This document shows, piece by piece, positions 37,213 through 48,312 of a DNA stretch of 64,000 nucleotides (positions are counted from its first letter, which is position 1; each line of letters starts with the position of its first letter). Where the stretch lies: assembly GCA_051313645.2 (NCBI GenBank), contig JBNRSN020000009.1:98890001-98954000 (forward strand), written 5' to 3'. Below the pieces are notes generated by a model. That model saw only the letters and a program-made list of their open reading frames with translations. It was not told where the DNA came from and made no database searches. The DNA is from Centroscyllium fabricii (lineage: Eukaryota). Both the position numbers and the translations under genes were made by a program.

Positions 37213-38789
37213 ACATCATGCCACTCATGCTTGAGGTGAACTCCTCCAATCTCTCTGCAGGCGTGCACAGTTCAGCTAGAGCACCTGCCATCGCACATTC
37301 TCTGCTGCTGCTCCAGAAGTATCCTGTTCATCGACCGCCCCCAGGTACAGCATCTGCATCCAGTTTAACAGAACTTAGAGCATCCTGCACCCTCCGACGT
37401 AGACTCTCCACTGCTGTCCCTCTCTCCACTATCTGCTCGTGCTTACTTGTGATGTGTGAGTCACCAGGTGAAAACCCAACTATCTGTCTTACTAGCCCCA
37501 CTGATATGTGAGTATCTGAGCTGGTGCATGACCTGCATGAGTCCCCCTCTGAGGAGTCAGCATCATCATCGGCCAGATGGACCACCTCCTGCAGGACACA
37601 GGAAGGCCCTGTGGTAGATAAAAGAGATGAACGAGTACCGTCAAGGTAAGAATGTTTGACGTTATCATTATTCACATGATCATATTTCACTCAATGTTGA
37701 CATCAAGTCAACATGAGTGAGTGTTGTATGCCATGTGGCTGTGTGATATTTAATCTGTGACCAGGTAGTTGGGAGGCTCCGATCTCCCCATTTCTGATGG
37801 CCAGGTGCACTGAGACGCCACTTATTTCTAGTGCCTCCTCCTCTGCACTTGTTAGCTGTGAGATTTGTGGAGGGCTACCTCCAGTTCTCTGCCCCTCCAT
37901 CGTGTTCGGTGCTCTCTTCTCCTGCAAGAAGGGAAAGAGGAGACCTATGAGTGACAGTTATAGCATTTCTTGAACAGATGGATGGAGAGCATTTATTGAG
38001 GGAGTGGCATGTCATGGTGTAAGGATGAGGGTGAGTGTCAGTGGTGGATAGACAGATGGGGATGTGAGGAAGTGCATAGACAGAGAGGGATGGGTGCACC
38101 TGCAAGGTAAGCTGGTGTGAGGATTGATGTGCTGGAGTAGGCTTGAGAAGGCAGAGTGAGGGGGTTGGGGTGATATGCACATCAAGATGTAGGTAAATGT
38201 ACCATTACTCTCATCTTTCCTGCTTTAGGTTGTTGAACCATGTCCAGAAGCATTGCACCGTGCTCCTGTTGCTGCCCTACTCTGCTACTTCCAACCATGC
38301 CTTCTTGGCATTCCCCAGCCGGCTTCTTCCTCCCGTCACTAGGGAACAGTGCAATCCTCCGGTTCCGCACATCCCCAGCAGCATATCCAGGGAGGCATCA
38401 CTGAACTAAGACCTTCTTGACTCCATTCTCCCACTTCCTTCCCTTGGCTCCAAATTCCTTCAAATTGCATGTTTGGAGTGTCCCATTAAATATTGGAGTT
38501 GAAATCTCATCATGTGGGTCATCACCATGCTCGCTGACAATAATTAGCCTGGAAACCGGGAAATGATGTGGTAATGCAGTGACTGGGTTAAAAAGCCACT
38601 GACAGACATGCTGCACTGAGTTCCGGGTTTTCCCGCGTGCTACCAGGCCTCCCTAACCCCTGCTCCCAATGCATTGCGATCTTAAAATCCAGCCCGTAGT
38701 TTCACTTGGTGGATACCTTATTCTAAAGTATGCCTGGTGCTATTCCTGCCACACCCTTCTACACATTCTATTTAGAGCAGCAGCTCATC

Positions 38790-41700
38790 ATAGAAACATA
38801 GAAATATAGAAAATAGGTCCAGGAGTAGACCATTCGGCCCTTCAAGCCTGCACCGCCATTAGCACGTTCATGGCTGAACATGCTACATCAGTACCCCATT
38901 CCAGCTTTCTCGCCATATCCCTTGATACCCCCTAGTTGTAAGTATTACATCTAACTCCCTTTTGAATATATTTAGTGAATTGGCCTCAACAACTTTCTGT
39001 GGTAGAGAACTCCACAGGTTCACCACTCTCTGGGTGAAGAAGTTTCTCCTCATCTCGGTCCTAAATGGCTTACCCCTTATCCTTAGTCTGTGCCCCCTGG
39101 TTCTGGACTTCCCCAACAATGGGAACATTCTGCCCGCATCTAACCTGTCTAAACCCGTCAGTATTTTAAACGTTTCTATGAGATCCCCCCTCATGCTTCT
39201 GAACTCCAGAGAGTACAAGTTCAGTTGATCCAGTCTTTCTTGATATATCAGTCCGGCCATCCCGGGAATCAATCTAGTAAACCTTTGCTGCTCTCCCTCA
39301 ATAGCAAGAATGTCCTTCCTCAAGTTAGGAGAGCAAAACTGCACACAATACTTCAAGTGTGGCCTCACCAAGGCCCTATACAACTGTAGCAACACCTCCC
39401 TACTCCTGTACTCAAATCCCCTCGCTATGAAGGCCAACATGCCATTTGCTTTCTTAACTGCCTGCTGTACCTGCATTTCCACCTTCAGTGGCTGATGTAC
39501 CATGACGCCCAGGTCTCGTTGCACCTCCCCTTTCCCTAATCTGTCACCATTCAGATAATAGTCTGTCTTTCTATTTTTACCACCAAAGTGGATAACCTCA
39601 CATTTATCCACATTGTACTTCACCTGCCATATATTTGCCCATTCACCTAACCTGTCCAAGTCACTCTGTAGCCTCTTAGCAACCTCCTCGCAGCTCACAC
39701 TGCCTCCCAATTTAGTGTCATCCACAAATTTGGAGATACAACTGTGATAAACCACTATGTATATATTTGTATCATATCCATGGCCTGTAGTATTGTGTAT
39801 ATAGTTCTCTGTGTACTGCTTGTCTGGGCATGCCCGTGCTGACTCCGCCTGTGACTCCTCCTCCCAGGATAGGTATAAAGGTAACTGTCTCCCTCCCCCT
39901 GATCATTCCGGGAGCAGTCGACTAGCTGAGGCATGCCCAAGCTTTAGCGAATAAAAGCCTTTATTCACCACGTAACTTCTCGGTTATTGATAAGGTATCA
40001 ATTTTATTCGCTAAATTTAATCATGGAGACCATGCTAAAACCAGCGACGTTAGAACTGGATCCCCAAACACCAGGCGCCTCTAACACGTTTACGCACTGG
40101 TTCAACTGCTTCGAGGCGTACCTCGAAGCCACCGCGGCGATCGTCCAGACGGAAAGGGACAAGCTGCACCTTCTCAACACCCGGGTGGGCCCCCAGGTGT
40201 ACTCAATAATCGCGGACGCTACGTCCTACACTGAGGCGTTCCGAATCCTGAAGGCCGAGTATACCCGGGCACCGAACATCGTCCACGCCAGACACCTTCT
40301 GGCCAGCAGAAAGCAACAACCCGGGGAATCGAGCGTGGAGTTCCTACGAGCGCTGAGAGTCCTCTGCCGGGCCTGCAACTGTAAGGCACAGTCAGCCTTG
40401 GTGCACTCTGAAAGCCTCATCAGGGACGCTTATGTCACTGGCCTCAGGTCCGATTATATTCGCCAGAGACTGTTGGAGCAGAATGGCATGGACCTGCAGG
40501 CGACGATTGACCTTGGGAATGCGCTGGACTTGGTGTCCCATAATATGGCCGCTTACTCGGCCGACCACGCGGGCACATCGCGGACGCCGCCATCTTGGAC
40601 ACAGCCGGCCGCACCGCGACCAGCGGAAGAGATGACTGCGGCTACAACCTCAAAAGGGCCAAAGTGCTACTTCTGCGGCCAGGCCCAGCACCCCAGGCGA
40701 AATTGCCCAGCAAGAGACGCGGCCTGCTCCAAGTGCGGGAAGAAGGGCCACTATGCGAAGGTATGCAGAGCGGCGGCACTATCGTCCTCCAAACCGGGCA
40801 GCGCCGCGTGTGGCCCGTGGGGGCAGCCATCTTGGACACAGCCATCTTCCACAAAGCCCGCCGCGTGGGAGCAGACGCCATCTTGGACACGGCCATCTTC
40901 CACACAGCCTGCCGCGTGGCGGCAGCCATCTTGGGACCAGGCCCCAGACATCTCAACGACTCGACCGACCCGATACTGGCCTCCATCACACTCGAACAGA
41001 ACAGGAGCCAGCCACTGAGCAAATCAATGATGACGGTACAGGTGAACGGGCGGAGTATGGATTGCCTTTTCGACAGCGGGAGTACGGCGAGCTTCATACA
41101 CCCTGATACGGTAAAGCGCTTCTCCCTAACGGTCATGCCGGCTAGCCAAAAAATTTCGATGGCGTCAAAGTCCGAATCTGCGGACGTCTGCGGTCGCTGC
41201 GTAGTGACCCTGACAGTGCGGGGCACGCACTTCCAGAATTTTAAATTATTCATGCTGCCGCAGCTCTGCGCTCCCTTACTGCTGGGCCTCGACTTCCAAT
41301 GTCACCTCCAGAGCTTGACGATGGCGTACGGTGGGCCCCTTCCCCCGCTCACGGTCAGCAACCAGCGCTCCCCGCAGTGCCCACAGCGCGCTACCTGCGG
41401 TCTCTCGACCCTTAAGGTCGCCCCTCCCTCACTCTTCGCCAACCTCACCCCGGACTGCAAACCCGTCGCCACCAAGAGTAGGCGCTACAGTACCGGGGAC
41501 AGAGACTTCATCAAGTCTGAGGTGAAACGGCTCCTGAAGGAGGGGGTCATCGAGGCAAGTAATAGCCCCTGGAGGGCACAGGTAGTAGTTGTAAAGACCA
41601 GAGCCAAGCACCGGATGGTCGTTGACTACAGTCAGACCATTAACCGGTTTACGCAGCTAGATGCATATCCCCTCCCCCGCATAGCGGATATGGTGAACCA

Positions 41701-44275
41701 GATCGCCCAGTATCGGGTCTTCTCGACCATCGATCTGAAGTCTGCGTACCACCAGCTCCCCATCCGCTCAGAGGACCGCCACTATACTGCTTTCGAGGCA
41801 GACAGCCGCCTCTATCACTTTCTCAGGGTTCCGTTTGGTGTCACCAATGGGGTCTCGGTCTTCCAAAGGGAGATGGACCGAATGGTTGATCAGTACGGAC
41901 TGCGGGCCACCTTTTCGTATCTCGATAATGTTACCATCAGCGGCCACGATCAGCAGGACCATGACACCAACCTCCAGAAATTTCTCCACACCGCCAAAAA
42001 TTTAAACCTGACTGATATCACGGAAAAATGTGTGTTCAGGACAACCCGCCTCGCCATCCTCGGCAGTGTTGTGGAGAATGGGGTCATCGGTCCCGACCTG
42101 GACCGCATGCGCCCCCTCCTGGAGCTTCCCTTCCCCCACTGCCTCAAGGCCCTGAAAAGGTGTCTGGGCTTCTTTTCATAGTATGCCCAGTGGGTCCCCA
42201 ACTACGTGGACAAGGCCCGCCCACTACTCAAATCAACCTCCTTTCCTCTGTCGGCAGAGGCCCGCACGGCCTTCTGCGGCATAAAACAGGATATTGCAAA
42301 GGCCGCGATGCAGGCTGTGGACGAGTCCATCCCGTTCCAGGTAGAGAGCGATGCGTCCGACTTTGCCCTGGCCGGCACCCTTAACCAGGCGGGCAGACCC
42401 GTGGCCTTCTTCTCGCGCACCCTCCAGGGCCCCTAAACCCGACACTCTTCCATTGAGAAGGAGGCCCAGGCCATTGTTGAAGCAGTGCGACACTGGAAGC
42501 ACTACCTGGCCGGCAAACGATTTACCCTGCTGACTGACCAACGCTCAGTCGCGTTCATGTTCAACAACAGAGAGCGGGGTAAAATCAAGAATGACAAGAT
42601 ATTGAGGTGGAAAATTGAGCTCTCTGCTTTCAATTATGATATCTTGTACCGGCCCGGGAAATTCAATGAACCCACAGATGCCCTGTCCCGCGGTACATGT
42701 GCCAGCGCACAAGTGGACCGTCTCCAGACCCTGCACAACGACCTCTGCCACTCGGGTGTCACCAGGTTCGTTCACTTTATCAAGTCCCGCAACCTCCCCT
42801 GCTCCATCGAAGAGGTCAGAACCATGACCAAGAACTGCCGGGTCTGTGCGGAGTGCAAGCCGCACTTCTTTCGGCCGGATTGGGCACATCTGATTAAGGC
42901 CACCCGCCCCTTTGAGCGACTTAGCATCGACTTTAAAGGGCCCCTCCCCTCCTCTAACCGCAACACGTACTTTTTAAATGTCATTGACGAGTACTCGCGT
43001 TTCCCCTTCGCCATCCCCTGCCCTGACATGACCTCCTCCACGGTCATCAAGGCACTGCACAGCATCTTCTCCCTGTTTGGCTACCCCAGCTACATCGATA
43101 GCGACCGGGGAGTCTTTTTTATGAGTGACGACCTGCGTCAGTTCCTGCTAGCCAAGGGCATCGCCACGAGCAGGACTACCAGCTATAACCCCCCGGGGAA
43201 CGGACAGGTAGAGAGGGAGAACGCCACCATCTGGAAGGCCATCCTATTAGCCCTACGGTCTAAAGGCTTCCCAGTCTCCCGCTGGCTGGACGTCCTCCCC
43301 GAAGTGCTCCACTCCATTCGGTCACTTTTATGTACGGCCACTAACGCCACCCCTCACGAGCGACTTTTTGCCTTCCCTAGGAAGTCGGCTTCAGGGACCT
43401 CGCTGCCGTCATGGCTATCGTCCCCGGGAGCATGTGAGGGGCCATAAGTCGGAACCCTTGGTCGAACAGGTCCACCTCCTGCACGCCAACCCCCAGTATG
43501 CCTACGTGGCGTACCCTGACGGGAGGGAGGACACGGTGTCCATCAAGGACCTGGCACCCTCGGGTGCCCCCGAGGCCAGTACGACCCATCAGCCCGCATC
43601 CCCACCCCTGCATACCGCCACCTTTGGTGCACCAGCACCACGGTACGTCATACCCCTCGAGGCGCCGGCACCAGCACCACGGTACGCCCACCCAGCACCT
43701 GCAGGCAGCACGGTATGGCCCCCTAACCTACGCACCCACCAGCCGGATGACGAATGGGAGAGTGCGCCAGTGATTGTTACCGCAAGGGGCCCCGCATCGG
43801 ATTAAATGCTCTCGCCGACCCCGCCGTCGCCGACTCCACTGCCAACAGTGCGCCCGCTGACTCCACCGCCAGCGGTGCGCCGCTCGACAAGGCAGACCAG
43901 GCCGCCCGACAGACTTAACATTTAACGATTGCATAGCATTCGCCCCGCCGGACTTTATTTTTTCACAAGGGGTGAATGTGGTAAACCACTATGTATATAT
44001 TTGTATCATATCCATGGCCTGTAGAATTGTGTATATAGTTCTCTGTGTACTGCTTGTCTGGGCATGCCCGTGGTGACTCCGCCTGTGACTCCTCCTCCCA
44101 GGACAGGTATAAAGGTAACTGTCTCCCTCACCCCGATCAATCCGGGAGCAGTCGACTAGCTGGGGCATGCCCAAGCTTTAGCGAATAAAAGCCTTTATTC
44201 ACCACGTAACTTCTCGTTTCTGAGGTTATTGATAAGGTATCAACAACATTTAATCCCTTCGTCCAAATCATTAAT
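38790..44275 (-). mobile_element. 5'-truncated CR1, split by a Gypsy insertion
   Basis: ORF 38883..39755 (ISKFVDDTKLGG...) continues at 44243-44275. Tail at ~38790. Confidence 0.88.
39743..44242 (+). mobile_element. Gypsy family B full-length copy 1 (defective)
   Basis: LTRs 39743-40000 and 43977-44242, TSD ACAAC. Gag with two CCHC from ATG 40023. Protease LFDSGS, RT YLDN, RNase H SDAS, integrase. In-frame stops at 42179 and 42434, plus frameshifts. Confidence 0.95.
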
Positions 44276-45270
44276 GGGCCCTGTTTTCCTGTGCTCCAGA
44301 AGAGCTGCACCCCCCACGAAGGGGGGGCAGAAATGCCTCGTGGGGGTGCAGCTCGGGTGATTACCAGAAACGTGAATTTCCTGTGCTGATGGGCAAGGGG
44401 CTTCAGCTTCCTACCCAGGAAGACTTTGAGCTGCCGATTTCCTGTGGCAGCTGCTCAAAATGCGGGTGTATCACGTGGGCAAGTCTCTCTTTTGCTGCAC
44501 ATTTAAAAAGGAGTCTTAGAGGGCTGCAGGCAGCTTTGAGAAGTGAAAAAAACACGTTTAAAGTTTTAAAAAAATTGATTCCTTTGGAGATATTTGTCTG
44601 TGGTCTTTCAGCTTGTAAATGGGTAGGGTTTTATATTTTTTGGTGAAAGTGAAAAAAAAACGTGATTTGAACGCGATGTCAGCAGCTCTGAAGTTTTAGA
44701 GGTGCTGCAGCAGCGTTCAGAAGTGGAGAAACACCTTAAAAGCTTTAAAATGTAAGTTTTTTTTCCATTCCTTTGGTGATGTGTGTGTGTGTGGACTTTC
44801 AGCTTTTAAATGGAAGTGCTTTTTAAAATTTTTGTTAAATTGAAAAAAAAACTGGAAAAAAACAGGGTTTCAATGGGTTTTCAGCAGTTCTAGTGGCTTC
44901 TCTTAAAAGCTTTAAAATGTAAGTTTGTTTTTCATTCCTTTGGTGATGTGTGTGTGGACTTTCAGCTGTTTTTTAAAATTTTTGTAAATTGAAAAAAAAA
45001 CGGGAAAAAAACGGGGTTTCAACGGGTTTTGAGCAGTTCTGGTGGCTTTTCTTAAAAGCTTTAAAATGTAAGTTTGTTTTTCATTCCTTTGGTGATGTGT
45101 GTGTGGACTTTCAGCTGTGTTTTTTTTAATTTTTGTAAATTGAAAAAAAAACAGGAAAAAAACTCTTTGATTCCTGCTCGATTCTGTGCGTTCTGTGGGG
45201 GCGTGGTCTCAAAAAGCCGACCTCAGGGGGCGTGTCCTGCACACAGCCTCCGCACAAAGCACCACGCACC
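44276..45270. mobile_element. Truncated Harbinger-like MITE (same family as 53561-54470, inverted)
   Basis: Starts with TIR GGGCCCTGTTTTCCTGTG and matches the reverse complement of 54070-54470. Internal tandem subrepeats at 44735-45150. Confidence 0.8.
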
Positions 45271-45944
45271 CAGCTGGGACCACATCTTCGATCCTAATGT
45301 ATGACCTACAACAGCATTGCTCACAGGCATTAATAACATAGAATAATTGTTCCTATAACTATCTCTGCTTCATTTTAATTCTTTCTAAAGCCCTCTCTCT
45401 ATCTTTCTTTGGTCTCTCGCTTTCTATTAGTATGACTCACACACATCTCATTGTGGTGCCCATATTTCACTTTTTGTGCTTTTTTTCACTGTTTCTGTTC
45501 CCTGTCTTTCTGTAAATTTCTTATCCATCCCCTGCATACCTTTCCATGGCATTCACACCGGTTCTCTTCCTGATGTCCTGATTGTTTTCTTTCTTACTGT
45601 ACCGGAGTTGCCAGCAAGGTGGGCGGTAACGTGTGCTGGGTTCAAGTCAGCACGGAGGTCTGTTGGAGAGGTGTTGCAATGTAAATGACAGAGAGGGTGG
45701 CTGTTGCAACCAAGAGGGTTTGGGTGGGCATATGGGAGTAGGCCTAAGAGGTCTGAGAGGGATTATTGAGGACAAAAATTAGTCTGGGAAGATTAGGGTT
45801 TGGGAGCACTGAAGAGTTACTGTCAGTGGTTAGTAGGACGTCTAGGGTGTTCAATTTGGCTCCTGGGAGCACTCATGTCTGAGGACGTCTGAAACCTGGG
45901 GAATTGAAGTACTCAAGAGGTGGGGTAAGAGGTCAAGGAGCATT

Positions 45945-47410
45945 TATAGAATCACAGAATGGTTACAGTACAGAAGGAGGTCACTCGGCCCATCAGGCCC
46001 GTGCTGGCTCTGTGCGAGATCACTTCAGCTAGTCCCACTCCCCCACCCTTTCCCCATCACCCTGCAATTTTCTTTCCCTCAGGTACTTATCCAATTCCCT
46101 TTTGAAAGCCATGATTGAGTTTGCCTCCACCACACTTTCAGGCAGTGAATTTCAGATCCTAACCACTCGTTGCGTAAAAATGTTTTTCCTCATGCCACCT
46201 TTGGTTCTTTTGCCAATCACTTTGAATCAGTGTCCTCTGGTTCTCAACCCTTTCTGTACCCCTCATGATTTTAAATACCTCTATTAAATCTCCTTTCAAC
46301 CTCCTCTGCTCTAAGGAGAACAACCCCAGCTTCTCTAGTCCAGCCACGTAATTGAGCTACAGGGGAGTCAAGGGTTACGGGGAGCGGGCGGGAAAGTGGA
46401 GTTGCGGCCAAGATTTGATCAGCCATGATCTCATTGAATGGCGGAGCTGGCTCGAGGGGCTAAATGGCCTACTCCTGCTCCTATTTCTTATGTTCTAATG
46501 TACATATGAAGTCCCTCATCCCAGGAATCATTCTCGTAATTCTTTTCTGCACCCTCTCTAAAGCCTTCACATCCTTCCTAAAGTGAGCTTTATATTGTCT
46601 CTCCTCGTTCTTCCTACCAGAATGTATCACTTTGCACTTTTCTGCATTAAATTTCATCTGCCATATGTCCACCCATTTCACCATCCTGTTTATATCTTCT
46701 TGAAGTCTATCACTCTCCTCACTGTTCACTATGCCTCCAAGTTTTTTGTCATTTGCAAATTTTGAAATTGTGACCTGCACTCCCAAGTCATTAATATATA
46801 TCAAGAAAATCAGTGGTCCTAGTACCGACCCCTGGGGAACACCACTGTATACTTCCCTCCAGTCCAAATAACAACCGTTCACCACGACTCTCTGTTTCCT
46901 GTCACTTAGCCAATTTCGTACCCATGCTGTCGCTGTCTCTTTATTCCATGGGCATCAACTTTGCTGGTAAGCCTATTATGTGGCACTTTATCAAATGCCT
47001 TTTGGAAGTCCATGTACATCACATCAACCGCATTGCCCTCATCAACTATCTATGTTACCTGATCAAAAAACTCGTTCAATTTAGTTAAACACGATTTGCC
47101 TTTAACAAATCTGTGCTGACTTTCCTTAATTAATCCACACTAGTTCAAGTGACTGCTAACTTTGTCCCTGATTATCATTTCCAAAAGCTTCCCCACTGCC
47201 GAGGTTAAACTGACTGGCCCGTAGTTGGCTAGATTTATCCTTACACCCTTTTTTGAACAAGGGTGTAACATTTGCAATTCTCCGGTCCTCTGGCAGCACC
47301 TCCGTATCTAAGGAGGATTGGAAGATTATGACAAAAACCTCCGTGATTTCCTCCTTTACCTCCCTCAGCCTCCGAGGATGCATCCCATCTGGTCCTGGTG
47401 ACTTATCTTC
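45945..47410 (-). mobile_element. Decayed CR1 with a short opposite-strand CR1 tail at ~46357-46500
   Basis: ORFs 46481..46885 and 47156..47485 (KSPGPDG, GVPQGSVLGP). Confidence 0.85.
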
Positions 47411-48109
47411 CTTCACTAAGACTTTGGCAGCATCTTCTTCCTTTGAGGGAGAGAGGAAACTCGGCTTGGGAGTATTGGAGGTCAAGCAAGAACCATCTTT
47501 GAACTGAAGACAATTAGCAGTTTAAGTCTGTGAGAAGTGTTTGGTGGGAGGGGGAGAAATTGCTGGGCTTTCAAGGCAATCAGATGAATCTGGAGACAGA
47601 CACACATGGGGAGTGTTTGTAGACATTAAAGAAGTTGGGGGTGTAAAGAATTTCCTGGCACTGAGGTTTGGAGACACTGTGAAGGGTGAGCTTGGGGTAC
47701 GGGGGTATTTAAAAGGCTGGGATATTGGAGCACTTGGGTGTCTGGAATCTGGGAACACTGGGTGGTTTTAGTATATAAATATTGAGAGGCTGGATGGGTC
47801 TGGGAACACTGGGTGGTTGTAGTATATGAATATTGAGAGGCTGGATGGGGTCTGGGGACACTGAGAAGTGGGTTGAAAGCACTGATAAGGCATGGGCCTT
47901 GGAGCACCAAGGCAGAGCTGTAGGCTAGGAGCTGGAATGGTGGTGTGGTGTCCAGGCTTTGGCGCTGTAATCGTACAGAGTATGGAGCAAAGACCCAGGT
48001 CACAGTGCAGCAAGGAATATGGAATGCGCAAATTGATGGCTACGTTTAGTGACCTCTTTTTAGAATTCTCTAATTTATTCTGAATTTATTCTGTGATTAA
48101 TTTAAATTC

Positions 48110-48181
48110 TTGGAGTATGTCTGCTGGTTAGGATTCAGCACTTTCACTGCCCTGGCCCAGATTCAATTCCTAGTCAGGGAA
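48110..48181 (+). pseudogene. Degenerate tRNA-Glu(TTC) pseudogene or tRNA-derived head
   Basis: tggttaggattcagcactTTCactgccctggcccagattcaattcctagtcagggaa follows the vertebrate tRNA-Glu sequence, with many CpG-type transitions. Confidence 0.7.
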
Positions 48182-48312
48182 ATGAACTTCATTGCACTGT
48201 AAGATTCTGAAAAGTGTAATAAAACCGCTGCTACCTTGTGGAGATCGAAATTGCGAACAAATTGTAAGATGATAACGGACAGATTTAAAATGTAAGAAAT
48301 CAGCATGCCTTC

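Larger units (their letters stand above)
31800..38695. mobile_element. Decayed autonomous-type Harbinger (HARBI1-like transposase on +, Myb gene on -) with nested retroelements
   Basis: 34027..34347 reads TRCVIEQAIDMLKMCFRCLD...CCARHN, a Harbinger DDE C-terminus. Myb remnant at 38180-38420 (-). Right end AAAATCCAGCCC; left end uncertain. Confidence 0.7.
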
